From an uncultured bacterium (GTDB lineage Bacteria > Krumholzibacteriota > Krumholzibacteriia > G020349025), in assembly GCA_964567755.1 (NCBI GenBank), contig CAZMNW010000061.1, positions 4,890-68,889 on the forward strand: a stretch of 64,000 nt of DNA, in the 5' to 3' direction. Both the position numbers and the translations under genes were made by a program. Positions 7,730 to 17,727 of the stretch are shown here, one piece after another (position 1 is the first letter of the stretch; each line of letters begins with the position of its first letter). The notes below the pieces were generated by a model, which saw nothing but the letters and a program-made list of their open reading frames with translations, was not told where the DNA came from and did not search any database.

Positions 7730-10447
7730 ATGGCCGAGGGAATGATCTCGCGCTACCAGATCCTCGACCGCCTCGGGGCGGGTGGCATGGGCGAGGTGTA
7801 CAAGGCGCTCGATACCAAGATGCGGCGCGAGGTAGCGCTCAAGCTGTTGCCGCCGGCGTACGTGCAGGATGCAGAGCGAGTCGCGCGCTTCAAGCAAGAA
7901 GCGTTCGCCACCTCGGCGCTCAATCATCCCAACATCACCACGATCTTCGAAATCGACGAAGCAGACGGCCATCACTTCATCAGTCTCGAGTACATCACCG
8001 GGCACGCGCTGCGGGTCCTGATTCGCGACGGCAAGCTCGAGCTGCGCCAGATTCTCGAGATCGCCGTGCAGGTGGCCGAAGGGCTGCATGCGGCACACGA
8101 AGCCGGCGTCGTGCATCGTGACCTCAAGCCCGAGAACATCATGGTGCGTCCGGATGGCATCGCCAAGATCCTCGACTTTGGTCTCGCCAAGCTCGGAAGC
8201 GCCCCGGAACCGCCGAGCCTGAGTGACGAAACACTCGTGCAAAGCTCGATGGGCGCCGCGGGACTGACGCAGCCGGGAATGGTTCTCGGCACCGTGGCCT
8301 ATATGTCTCCCGAGCAGGCGCGCGGTATGGAGACGGATCGCAGGTCCGACATCTTCACCTTCGGCAGCATTCTTCTGGAAATGCTGACGCGCAAGCAACC
8401 GTTCCATGCGCCGTCGAGCGTGGAGGTGATGCACGCCATCATTCACGACGCGCCGCGGTCGCTGCAGGAGCTCAGTGGCGGCATTCCGGTCGAGCTGCAT
8501 CGAATCGTGCGCAAAGCGATGGCGAAGGACCCGGGCGAGCGCTATCAGACAGCCAAAGATCTGGCGATCGACATGCGCGCGCTGCAGCGCGAGCTCGAGT
8601 CGGGCAGTGTGAGCGCGGTGCATGCGGCGTTCGCTACGGCACCCGCAGCGGGCACGGCAAAGTCGGCCGCGAGGCGCTCGCTGCGTTGGGTCGCTGGCTT
8701 GGCAACGTTCGCGGTCGTTGGGAGCCTCGTCGTGGTCGTGTTGATGAACCGCAGCTCGCGCGCGCCGGCGCCGGCGCCAGCGCTGCCGCTCGCGATCTCC
8801 AAGATCACCAATACGGGGAAGGCATCGGCGCCCGTGTTTGCACCCCGGGGCCAATTCCTCGCCTACACCAACACGGAGAACGATCAGGTGGCGATCCGGG
8901 TTCGACAGCTCGTCACCGGTACGGAAGTCGAGGCGGTGCCGGCCAAGCCGGACGTGGGTCTCGGCAACATGGCATTTTCTCCCGACGGCAATTGGTTGTT
9001 GTACACCACACGGAAACGCACGGAAGCGATGCGCACGCTGTGGCAAGTGTCTCCCCTCGGCGGCACGCCGCGCGAAGTCATGAAGGATGTCGACGGCGCC
9101 CCATCGTTCTTCTCTGACGGCACGCGTTTCGTTTTTCAACGTGCCAACGAGCAACGGCAGATGCGGTTTTTCATTGCGCCATTCGGCACTGCCGGGGAGC
9201 TGCAGGAGATCCACTCGGCCCCCGAGGGCGCCGTCGGGATTTCGACTCCCATGCTCTCACCCGACGGCGGCGAGATTCTCTATGCCCAGGTCAACGGCGA
9301 CGACGTTCTGCACCCAAGGCTGATGATCAAGACGCTGGATGGAGGTGCGTTGCGTCCCGTGCCTGGCCCGCTGTGGATGCTGCTTGTTGGCTACTGTTGG
9401 GCGCAGGATGGCAAGGGTGTTTATGTTGCCGGCTCGAGTTCCTGGATGGCGCGTCCTCAGATCTGGTACATCGGACTCGCCGAGGACGTCGTGCGCCGGG
9501 TGACGCAGGACCTCGAGGAGCACTCCCAGATCGTGCTGCGTGGCGATGGCAATGCGCTCGCTTCGGTGCGCACCACGGTCGCCGCACAGCTTTGGCACGT
9601 GCCAGTCGAAGGCACGCCGGCCGAGAATGGCGCCCGCGCGCACCAGATCACACGCGGCACTGGCCTCATGGGTTGGCCTCAGGTATCACCGGATGGCAAA
9701 ACTGTGGCGTTGGTTTCCGAAGCGAGCGGCCACATGGACCTGTGGGCGATGGACGTGGATGGATCCAATCTTCGCCAGCTCACGTTCGGCGCGGCGCAGG
9801 ACTTCGGTCAGAGTTGGTCTCCGGATGGCCGCCAGCTCGCATTCGCTTCCGAGAGCGAAGGCAACCTGCAAGTGTGGGTCGTGGACGCGGATGGTCACAA
9901 CCCGCGCCAGCTGACGCAGCTGGGCACGACGAACTATGCGCCTTCCTGGTCTCCGGACGGCCGGTGGATTGCCTTCATTGCATCCGTCGCGGACAGCGCC
10001 TTCCTGTGCAAGATCCCAGCCGAAGGTGGCGATCCCATCTTCATGAGTCGACGCGATCTCGCCATGATTCTGACCCGCTGGTCTCCCAACGGAACTTTCA
10101 TCGCCACCTGGCTGCAGCCGGAAAAGCCGACACCGCAGATCGCGGTGGGGCTCTTTCCCGCAGCCGGTGGCGAGATTCACAAGCTCCCGCTCTTGCCGCG
10201 CAGCCGCTGGACCTTGCTCAGTTTGCACTGGACCCCCGATGGCGACGCGCTCTCTCTCGTCGATCAAGTGCAGGGTGCCTGGGTGGTGCAGCGTGTGCCG
10301 CTCGATGGCAGCGAGCGCACGACCGTGGCTTCTTTCACCGAAGACCAGACGCTCTTCAACTTCGATTGGGTACCGGGTGGCCGCGCTCTCATTGCTCAAC
10401 GCGGGACCATCAGTTCCGACATCGTGTTGCTCGAGAACCTGCCGTAA
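7730..10447 (+). CDS. Hanks-type Ser/Thr kinase with a TM helix and extracytoplasmic TolB/PD40 beta-propellers
   Basis: LGAGGMGEVY, VALK, HRDLKPEN, DFGLAK and GTVAYMSPEQ; one TM helix; repeated FSPDG/WSPDG. Confidence 0.95.
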   Translation: MAEGMISRYQILDRLGAGGMGEVYKALDTKMRREVALKLLPPAYVQDAERVARFKQEAFATSALNHPNITTIFEIDEADGHHFISLEYITGHALRVLIRDGKLELRQILEIAVQVAEGLHAAHEAGVVHRDLKPENIMVRPDGIAKILDFGLAKLGSAPEPPSLSDETLVQSSMGAAGLTQPGMVLGTVAYMSPEQARGMETDRRSDIFTFGSILLEMLTRKQPFHAPSSVEVMHAIIHDAPRSLQELSGGIPVELHRIVRKAMAKDPGERYQTAKDLAIDMRALQRELESGSVSAVHAAFATAPAAGTAKSAARRSLRWVAGLATFAVVGSLVVVVLMNRSSRAPAPAPALPLAISKITNTGKASAPVFAPRGQFLAYTNTENDQVAIRVRQLVTGTEVEAVPAKPDVGLGNMAFSPDGNWLLYTTRKRTEAMRTLWQVSPLGGTPREVMKDVDGAPSFFSDGTRFVFQRANEQRQMRFFIAPFGTAGELQEIHSAPEGAVGISTPMLSPDGGEILYAQVNGDDVLHPRLMIKTLDGGALRPVPGPLWMLLVGYCWAQDGKGVYVAGSSSWMARPQIWYIGLAEDVVRRVTQDLEEHSQIVLRGDGNALASVRTTVAAQLWHVPVEGTPAENGARAHQITRGTGLMGWPQVSPDGKTVALVSEASGHMDLWAMDVDGSNLRQLTFGAAQDFGQSWSPDGRQLAFASESEGNLQVWVVDADGHNPRQLTQLGTTNYAPSWSPDGRWIAFIASVADSAFLCKIPAEGGDPIFMSRRDLAMILTRWSPNGTFIATWLQPEKPTPQIAVGLFPAAGGEIHKLPLLPRSRWTLLSLHWTPDGDALSLVDQVQGAWVVQRVPLDGSERTTVASFTEDQTLFNFDWVPGGRALIAQRGTISSDIVLLENLP

Positions 10448-10512
10448 AGGCGCCGCCGCATCCGACAGGTCGGTGGACCGAGTCGCACGGGTGTCGGCGC
10501 CGAGAGAAGAGA

Positions 10513-11190
10513 ATGAACCGCTGGTTGCCAGAGAACGCTTCGAGCTACGGCGCGCGCATCGACGGCGTGATCGATCTCGTGTTCTGGATCGTCGGCGCCT
10601 GGTTCGTGCTCGTCATGGGCGTCCTGCTCGTTTTTGCGATTCGCTATCACCACCGTTGGCATGAGCGTGCGGCTTATGTCCCGGCGCGGACCTTGCGCGG
10701 CATGGCCATCGTGCTCGTGCCCACCGCGGTCATCTTGCTCTTCGACCTCGTGATCGAAGCCGCGAGCACGCGCGTGTGGGATCGCGTCAAGATCGACATG
10801 CCGCCGGCGGCGCAAACGGTGCGCGTGATTGCCAAACAATACACGTGGACGATCGTGCATCCGGGAGCTGACAACCAGCTGGACACGCCGGACGATATCA
10901 CCGAGCTCAACGTCATGCACGTTCCCAAAGGCGAAGTCGTGCATTTCGAGCTTCTGTCCGAGGATGTGATCCACAGCTTCTTCTTGCCGAATCTGCGCCT
11001 GAAGCAAGATGCGGTTCCTGGCCGCACCATCCGTGGGTGGTTCGAGGCGACGCGCCCAGGCACGTATCAGCTCGTGTGTGCGGAGCTGTGCGGCTTGGGG
11101 CACACCAACATGCGCGGTCGGTTGGTGGTGCACGATGCGGAGGGCTATCGTGCTTGGCTGGGATCGGCGTCAGCGGCCGGAGGACGATAG
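10513..11190 (+). CDS. coxB: Cytochrome c oxidase subunit II (CuA), without a fused cytochrome c
   Basis: Two TM helices; DVIHSFF and CAELCGLGHTNM CuA ligands. Confidence 0.95.
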   Translation: MNRWLPENASSYGARIDGVIDLVFWIVGAWFVLVMGVLLVFAIRYHHRWHERAAYVPARTLRGMAIVLVPTAVILLFDLVIEAASTRVWDRVKIDMPPAAQTVRVIAKQYTWTIVHPGADNQLDTPDDITELNVMHVPKGEVVHFELLSEDVIHSFFLPNLRLKQDAVPGRTIRGWFEATRPGTYQLVCAELCGLGHTNMRGRLVVHDAEGYRAWLGSASAAGGR

Positions 11191-12897
11191 ATGCAGCACG
11201 GAGCAAACGGGCCTCGGGGTTTCTGGAGACGCTGGGTCTTCTCCCTCGATCACAAGACCATTGCCAAGCAATACCTGGTGACTGGGCTCGTCATGGCGAT
11301 CGTCGGCGGCTGGCTTGCCCAGGGAATGCGGGTGCAGCTGGCGTGGCCGTATCGAGATTTCCCGTTCTTCGGTCTCATCGAGCCCGGGCGCTACAACGCG
11401 CTCGTGACCATGCATGGCACCATCATGCTGTTCTGGGTGGCGATGCCGATCTTGCTCGGTGCGTTCGGGAACTTCCTCATCCCGCTCATGATCGGCGCGC
11501 GCGACATGGCGTTTCCGCGCCTCAACATGCTGTCCTTCTGGACCTTTCTGCTCAGTACGCTGGTCCTGCTGGCGTCGTTTTTCGTCGAATCCGGGCCGGC
11601 GGCCGGCGGCTGGACCGCGTATCCGCCTCTGTCGGCCGTGCCCGGCTACACCGGCGTCGATGTTGGCACCGATCTATGGATCGTTGCGGTGGCGCTCGAG
11701 TTTATTTCAGTGTTGATGGGCGGCGTCAACTTCCTGACCACGGCCGTCAACCTGCGCGCCCGCGGGCTCCGCATGATGGACCTGCCGCTCGTGGTTTGGA
11801 TGCTGCTCGTGTCCTCGGTGCTGTTCATGTTGTCGGTGGGCCCATTGATCGCCGGTGCCGCCATGCTCTTCCTCGATCGCAACGCCGGCAGTGGTTTCTT
11901 CGATCCGGCCAAGGGCGGTGACCCGCTGCTGTGGCAGCATCTCTTCTGGTTCTTCGGCCATCCCGAGGTGTACGTCATCCTGCTGCCAGGGCTCGGGATC
12001 GTGGCGGAAGTTCTCACGGCGGGTGCGCGAAAGACCCTCTTCGGCTACACCATGATCGTGTGGGCAGTGATCGTGTCGGGGCTGCTCAGCTTCTTGGTGT
12101 GGTCGCACCATCAGTTCGTGAGCGGGCTCGATCCCCGCTTCGCCATGCCTTTCGCGCTCACCACGATTCTCATCTCCGTGCCGTTCGCCGTGCAGTTGTT
12201 CGCGCTCATCGCCACGCTGTGGCGCGGTTCCATTCGATACTCGCCGGCGATGCTGTTCGCCGTCGGCACCATCGCCACATTTCTCGTCGGCGGCACCACG
12301 GGGATTGTTCTGGGTGCAGCTGCCGCCGACATCTATTTCCACGACACCTATTTCGTCGTCGCACACTTTCATTACACACTTTTCCCCGCGGTCATTCTCG
12401 CCATGCACGCCGGGATCTACCACTGGTTCCCGAAAATGTTCGGGCGTTTGATGAATGCCAGATTGGGGCATGTACACTTTTGGCTGACCTTCGTTTTCTT
12501 CCAGTTGACGTTCATCCCGCAGTTCTTGCTCGGACTCGCGGGGCACCCGCGTCGCGTCGCGGATCCCCTGCAGTTCGATCTGTTGTTGTCCGGGATGCAG
12601 CCATACAACATCGTGTCCACCATCGGCGCGCTGGGCCTGTTCGCGGCGCAAGTGCCGTTCCTGATCAATTTCTGTTGGAGTCTCTGGCGCGGGAAGCATG
12701 CCGGCGCCAATCCCTGGCAGGCCACCACGATCGAGTGGCTGGCTTCTTCGCCACCTCCGCACGACAACTTCCCAGGCGAGGTCGTGGCGGTGCGCGGGCC
12801 CTACGAGTACAGCACTCCCGGAAGTGACCGCGATTGGCTGCCCCAGGGGGAGCTGGAAGGTGCGGATTTGGCAGCGCCCACGGTAGCAGCGCCATGA
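11191..12897 (+). CDS. coxA: Cytochrome c oxidase subunit I (A1-type haem-copper oxidase)
   Basis: DHKTI, TMHGTIM, WFFGHPEVY, WSHHQF and VAHFHYT. Confidence 0.97.
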   Translation: MQHGANGPRGFWRRWVFSLDHKTIAKQYLVTGLVMAIVGGWLAQGMRVQLAWPYRDFPFFGLIEPGRYNALVTMHGTIMLFWVAMPILLGAFGNFLIPLMIGARDMAFPRLNMLSFWTFLLSTLVLLASFFVESGPAAGGWTAYPPLSAVPGYTGVDVGTDLWIVAVALEFISVLMGGVNFLTTAVNLRARGLRMMDLPLVVWMLLVSSVLFMLSVGPLIAGAAMLFLDRNAGSGFFDPAKGGDPLLWQHLFWFFGHPEVYVILLPGLGIVAEVLTAGARKTLFGYTMIVWAVIVSGLLSFLVWSHHQFVSGLDPRFAMPFALTTILISVPFAVQLFALIATLWRGSIRYSPAMLFAVGTIATFLVGGTTGIVLGAAAADIYFHDTYFVVAHFHYTLFPAVILAMHAGIYHWFPKMFGRLMNARLGHVHFWLTFVFFQLTFIPQFLLGLAGHPRRVADPLQFDLLLSGMQPYNIVSTIGALGLFAAQVPFLINFCWSLWRGKHAGANPWQATTIEWLASSPPPHDNFPGEVVAVRGPYEYSTPGSDRDWLPQGELEGADLAAPTVAAP

Positions 12898-13496
12898 AGG
12901 AAGGCAGTCGGACGATGTCGGCGAATGTCGCGCCACTCGCAGAGGGACGAGCCTCCACACGTGTTCCCACCGGACGGCTCGGAATGTGGTGGTTCCTCGG
13001 TTCGGAGTTCACACTCTTCGCCGGGATGATGCTGATTTATGTCGTGAACCGCGTCCGGCATCCGGACTGGGCGAGCGTCGCGTCAAACACCTGGATCGCA
13101 CTCGGCGTGGCGGGCACGGCGGCGCTGCTCGCCAGCATTTTCACCGTGGGGCGCGCGCAAGTGGCAGCGAAGCGAAACCAGGCCGTGACTGCGGCGCGTT
13201 GGCTGTTCGCCACGGCTGTACTGGGCGCGGCGTTTCTCGTTTGCCAGGCACTCGAGTACGCACGGGCCCTTGGCGCCGGGCTGGATCCGTCCGCGCATCT
13301 CTTCTGGGCGTATTACTTCCTCATGACCGGGATGCATGCGACGCGAATCTTGGGCGGCGTGGTGGCGTTGACGGCGGTGCTTCCCGCCGCAGCCCGCGGG
13401 AACCACATGCGCCGCGTCGGAACAGTCGGATTGTATTGGCGATTCGTTTGCATCGTTTGGTTGGTGTACTTCATGCTGTTGTACGTCGTGCGTTGA
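12894..13496 (+). CDS. coxC: Cytochrome c oxidase subunit III-like protein, copy 1
   Basis: GMWWFLGSEFTLF and YWRFVCIVWLVYF; ATGA overlap with coxA. Confidence 0.85.
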   Translation: MKEGSRTMSANVAPLAEGRASTRVPTGRLGMWWFLGSEFTLFAGMMLIYVVNRVRHPDWASVASNTWIALGVAGTAALLASIFTVGRAQVAAKRNQAVTAARWLFATAVLGAAFLVCQALEYARALGAGLDPSAHLFWAYYFLMTGMHATRILGGVVALTAVLPAAARGNHMRRVGTVGLYWRFVCIVWLVYFMLLYVVR

Positions 13497-13554
13497 AGAG
13501 CGAGAACCGAGCTCGGCCGAAGCGCCGTCGCCGAGGCCAAGGAGGCAGCCGACC

Positions 13555-14127
13555 GTGTCGACGCGCATCGATTCGCTTCGACCCTGGCCCGTGACACACG
13601 AGCCCCCGGTTTCCAATGCGGTGCTGGGGACGGCGATCTACGTCGCCACCGCGCTCATGTTCTTTGGTGGCTTGATGAGCGCCACCTTGGTCCTGCGCGC
13701 CGGAGCGCCCCCGTGGCCGCCTCCGGGTGTGCCACGCTTGCCGGCCCTCGTCACCGAATTGAACATGGCAGTGCTGTGCGCAAGCGGAGCCATGGTGTGG
13801 TGGGCTTGGCACGCGCGCGCACGGGAATCTCGGTTGCGCGCCTTGCTCGCGGCCGTCCTTTTGGGCACGATGTTCGTCGGCGTGCAAGGAGCCGAATGGG
13901 CACGGCTGCTGGCGCATGGCGTGCGCGTCTCGTCGGGGCAGCATGCCGCCACGTTCTACACCCTGGTGGGGGCGCACGCCCTGCATGTCGTGGGAGGTCT
14001 CGCAGTGCTCGTCGTCACCTGGCGCCGCGTGCGCCGAGGCCGCGGCGATCTCGCCGCCTGCGCGCTGTACTGGGGTTTCGTCGTCCTATTGTGGCCGGTG
14101 CTCTATGTTCTCGTCTACTCGGGTTGA
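13555..14127 (+). CDS. Cytochrome c oxidase subunit III-like protein, copy 2
   Basis: FYTLVGAHALHVVGG and YWGFVVLLWPVLY; GTG start. Confidence 0.82.
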   Translation: MSTRIDSLRPWPVTHEPPVSNAVLGTAIYVATALMFFGGLMSATLVLRAGAPPWPPPGVPRLPALVTELNMAVLCASGAMVWWAWHARARESRLRALLAAVLLGTMFVGVQGAEWARLLAHGVRVSSGQHAATFYTLVGAHALHVVGGLAVLVVTWRRVRRGRGDLAACALYWGFVVLLWPVLYVLVYSG

Positions 14128-14140
14128 CCACGCGCCTTGC

Positions 14141-14485
14141 ATGGGCTGCGCGCGCATCATCCGCCGGTGGGTTGGTGAGCGTCGGCGCTCCATCGGCAGC
14201 AGGCGCAGTGCCGGCGCATGGACGCTGCTCGCGTTTGCCATGAGCCTCGTGCTGATGCCGGGTCTGCTCCATGCCTGTCCTGCATGTGCCCCGGGTGACG
14301 GGAAAACGCAGGGGTTGTACATAGTGAGCACGGCCACCCTCTCGCTGTTGCCACTTTGCATCGTGGGTTTCGGCGCTTGGTTCCTGCGCCGCGCCGCTCG
14401 CCTGGCGAATGGCGGTGACGCGGCCCGCACACATGCGGTCCTCGACACGACAACAGCCGCCAGCGGTTCAGAGCCGCAGCCCTAG
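14141..14485 (+). CDS. Small membrane protein with CxxC at the end of the cox operon
   Basis: Signal-like segment, then ACPAC and one TM helix. Start uncertain. Confidence 0.55.
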   Translation: MGCARIIRRWVGERRRSIGSRRSAGAWTLLAFAMSLVLMPGLLHACPACAPGDGKTQGLYIVSTATLSLLPLCIVGFGAWFLRRAARLANGGDAARTHAVLDTTTAASGSEPQP

Positions 14486-14576
14486 CGAAAATAGAATGTC
14501 CCAACGGCCGAACGAACGACAGAAACGCCGGGACGTCTCCCGGCGTTTCTGTCGCGTCATTCCAGCGCGGGATCTC

Positions 14577-16178
14577 TCAGTTGCGCTCCAAGCCGATGCC
14601 GAAGTGGATCCGCAGCAAGTGGTTGCCTGGCACGGTCGGCAGCACGATCTCCACCGGGTTGGGTGTCGTGTGCCCCAGGAACATCGGCATCGTCTGCATG
14701 ACCCCGGTCACCGGGCAGATGCGTACTACATCGGGATCGAAGCGATAGTAGCCGTCCGCATTCGTCCTCGCGGCGAGGAACACGTCGCAAGGTGACATGA
14801 GCTGCAGCTCGACGAAGGCGATCCCCGTGTCGACGCTGTCGCGAACGCCATTGTGATTGTAGTCGGCGAACACGAAACCTTCGATGGTGACGTTGACGGG
14901 GTGAGTTGAATCCTCTGTCGCGATGCCGAAATCGACATGGAACCGATCGCTGTTCGGCGGCCGCTGTTCGAGGATCATCTGCTCGGGCGTGGTGCCGATG
15001 AATCCGGGAACGGGCAGGCGTTGCACGATCCATGGGAGCGGGCAGCGAATGCTGCTGCCGGGGATGGCGTAGTGTCCGAGCCCGTCGGTGTAGACAATGG
15101 CCGCGCCCGGATTGAGGCAGAGGAGTCCGCTGGCGCCGATGCCGGCGCCGGCATAGCCTTCGTCTCCACGATCCCGCTGGCCATTCCGGTTGTGATCCAC
15201 GAACACGACGCCTTCGATGAAGAGTTCCTCTGGCGGAGCGGTTTTCACCAGACCGAAATCGGCGTGCAAGAAACCGGAAAGCGAGCCGTCCGGACGGCGC
15301 ACGATGAGGACCTGCAATTCTTCGGGTGTGGTGGCGCGGGCGCCGTCCGGAATCGTCAGGTCCAGTGTGTACAACCCAGGGTCCTGGACTTCGAACACGT
15401 AGCGACCGAGTTCGTCGGTCACCTGGATGCGCACGAGATCCGGCATCACGAGGCCGACACCGACGCCGGCGATGCCTGGCTCCTCGAGATCACGCTGTCC
15501 GTTCTCGTTGTGGTCTTCGAAGACGACGCCGGAAATGACGCCATCCTGTGGCGCGGGCTCCGTCACCAGCCGGGCGTGAAACGCGAAGCTGTCGCCACCG
15601 GTGCCGGTGAAGATCCATTCGACGGCGGCGGAGGTTTCACCTGCGGCCAGCATTCCATCGTCGCCGTAGGTGCCGCGATGGTCGAAGAAGCACCCGCCGG
15701 GGAATGGGATCGGAGGCAGGGGTGTGACCGTGGAGTCGCCAGGGACCGGTAGCGGCCAAGGCAACGGCGGCCACGGTTCGGTGGAGTCGGCGGGGATCGG
15801 CACCGGGCAATCGGTGTTCACCGGAGTGACCCAGAACGGTTGGAAGTGAGACACGAGCACGCCCGCGGGTCCCGGGACGGATTCGCTGCCATCATTGCGA
15901 ATAGAGACGTTGACGTGCAGAAGATCGTTCGCGTCGAGAATAATCCCACTCGCGACGAGGCGCATGGACACTCCCGGCGGCGATTCGACCGCGAACTCCA
16001 TTTCCCCCGAACCCGAGTCGTAATTGCCCGAAAAATCCGTGTCGCCGTTCGGGGCCGGGTCGGGAGTCACGTGCTCCGCGCAGCTTTGGAGAAGGAACAT
16101 GACGGGGAATGCCAGGAGCGCGCCGAAATGCGCACGCACGTCCCGGAGCCTGGTACTGAAGAAGTGCATCCGATTCAT
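14577..16178 (-). CDS. Lipoprotein with three SdrD B-like (Cna-B) repeats
   Basis: Lipobox LLQSC; three GxVFxDxNxNGxRD repeats; AAGGAGA RBS before ATG 16178. Confidence 0.85.
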   Translation of the reverse strand: MNRMHFFSTRLRDVRAHFGALLAFPVMFLLQSCAEHVTPDPAPNGDTDFSGNYDSGSGEMEFAVESPPGVSMRLVASGIILDANDLLHVNVSIRNDGSESVPGPAGVLVSHFQPFWVTPVNTDCPVPIPADSTEPWPPLPWPLPVPGDSTVTPLPPIPFPGGCFFDHRGTYGDDGMLAAGETSAAVEWIFTGTGGDSFAFHARLVTEPAPQDGVISGVVFEDHNENGQRDLEEPGIAGVGVGLVMPDLVRIQVTDELGRYVFEVQDPGLYTLDLTIPDGARATTPEELQVLIVRRPDGSLSGFLHADFGLVKTAPPEELFIEGVVFVDHNRNGQRDRGDEGYAGAGIGASGLLCLNPGAAIVYTDGLGHYAIPGSSIRCPLPWIVQRLPVPGFIGTTPEQMILEQRPPNSDRFHVDFGIATEDSTHPVNVTIEGFVFADYNHNGVRDSVDTGIAFVELQLMSPCDVFLAARTNADGYYRFDPDVVRICPVTGVMQTMPMFLGHTTPNPVEIVLPTVPGNHLLRIHFGIGLERN

Positions 16179-16328
16179 CGCTCTCGATTCTCCTTGGTGG
16201 ACCGCGAAACGGCCGCGTGCGGGGAGGCGCGGGCTCGCGGCGTACGCCACGTAGCGAAGGGACGTGACCAGGAGGCAATATTCAATATACGCCCCTTCCG
16301 CCTAGGCCGCAACGAAGGAAACGTCCGC

Positions 16329-17405
16329 TCACTTTTGGGGCGGAGCCGAGGACGGGCGGGTGCCGTGCGTCCAATCGGTCCAGCCGACGTTCTTTCCAGG
16401 CTCGGTCGGTGTGCCATCCCAGAAACTCGTGGCGTAATAGTGGTCGATCAAAGGGGATAGCCAGGTATCGTCCCCTGTGGGCGGATAGTTCGCTTCGTCT
16501 CGAAGCCAGGCGAAGGCCCGGAGGAGGGCGCGGTCCTGCCACTCCCAGACGTCGTAGCCCGCGCGGTGCAAGATGACGGCTTGAGCGAGCGCACCCTGCA
16601 GTGCGCCGTACACATAGTTCTCCTGTGGCGGTGGCCAGGCGAAGCCTCCTGCGCGGCGTTGGTCGTCCGGGAGCACACCATCGATGGAGTGCCCGTCACG
16701 CGTCGCCCCTTTGGGATTGATTCCCACAAGTTGCCGTGAATCGGATTGCCATGCGCGCTCGCCAAACTCGAAGCCGGACCACGATTGCGCGTCGCCGAGC
16801 CAGCCTTTGAAGACCTGTGCCGTCCGCTTCATTTCGCTGTCATCGCCCAGGTAGGCGGCGATGGCAGCTCGACTGGCACCGGCATGGGTTCCCCAATTAT
16901 TCGGACGCTCTTCGTGTGTGGAGCGAAGCGACTGGCCGTGCAGCTTCGTATCGAGAAGCGCACGCAACCAGGTGCGAAACCGGGCATCCTCTTCCGGTGG
17001 CAGGCGGACGAGATCGGCGGCGATGATGTAGGCGATCAGCTTGCGTCCGACAGCGAGGGTGCGCGCACCCTTTTCGGTGCCGATGACGGCGTGGACGGCA
17101 TCGATCACTTGGTAGCGTAGATCCCCGTCCCCCGTGCGCGCAGCCACCAGGGCCTTCGCCAGGATGCGCACGTTGGTGCGCTCGTCCTGATCCGAGAGGT
17201 CCGGTGCTTCTGCATCGAGCTGTGCTTCCCGCACCATGCCTTCCCAGGCCGGGCCTTCCATGGGCAGCGCAGCAAGCTCCGCTCGCGCCAGCCAGATGCC
17301 GTCGAGATTCAGAGTCCCGGCGCTCTCGGTCTCGCAGCTGAGAAGCACTCCACCGGCGACGGCGAGGGCGGTTGCCGCATGTCTTTGCATTCGTCGAGAC
17401 CGCAT
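16329..17405 (-). CDS. Alginate lyase-like (alpha/alpha toroid) exported protein, probable lipoprotein
   Basis: Lipobox-like LLSC; RPNNWGTHAGAS motif; aromatic-rich helical C-terminal half. Confidence 0.65.
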   Translation of the reverse strand: MRSRRMQRHAATALAVAGGVLLSCETESAGTLNLDGIWLARAELAALPMEGPAWEGMVREAQLDAEAPDLSDQDERTNVRILAKALVAARTGDGDLRYQVIDAVHAVIGTEKGARTLAVGRKLIAYIIAADLVRLPPEEDARFRTWLRALLDTKLHGQSLRSTHEERPNNWGTHAGASRAAIAAYLGDDSEMKRTAQVFKGWLGDAQSWSGFEFGERAWQSDSRQLVGINPKGATRDGHSIDGVLPDDQRRAGGFAWPPPQENYVYGALQGALAQAVILHRAGYDVWEWQDRALLRAFAWLRDEANYPPTGDDTWLSPLIDHYYATSFWDGTPTEPGKNVGWTDWTHGTRPSSAPPQK

Positions 17406-17727
17406 CGGTCGTCCTCCCGTGCTCAGCGCCGTCGCAGTGTATGAACGGGAAGGCCATCCGGCAACGACGGCGCGAGGCCGACGCAGACTGGATCTCCTCG
17501 TGACCCGTGCGGGTCGAGCCCCCAGCAGGCGGAGGGAGGACGCAACTCCTCGCGACCCGAGGGGCAAGCCGCTGTGCGCAGGCTCGAGGGTCTGCAGACC
17601 GGTCTTGATGCGTGTCGGGCTCGCATGTGACAGTGCGCGCGCGTAAGGTGATGACTCTCGATCGCAGGTCACGGAGCAGCCTTTGAAGTTCAACTGGTTC
17701 TTGAAACAAACCGAGATCAGTCACCCG

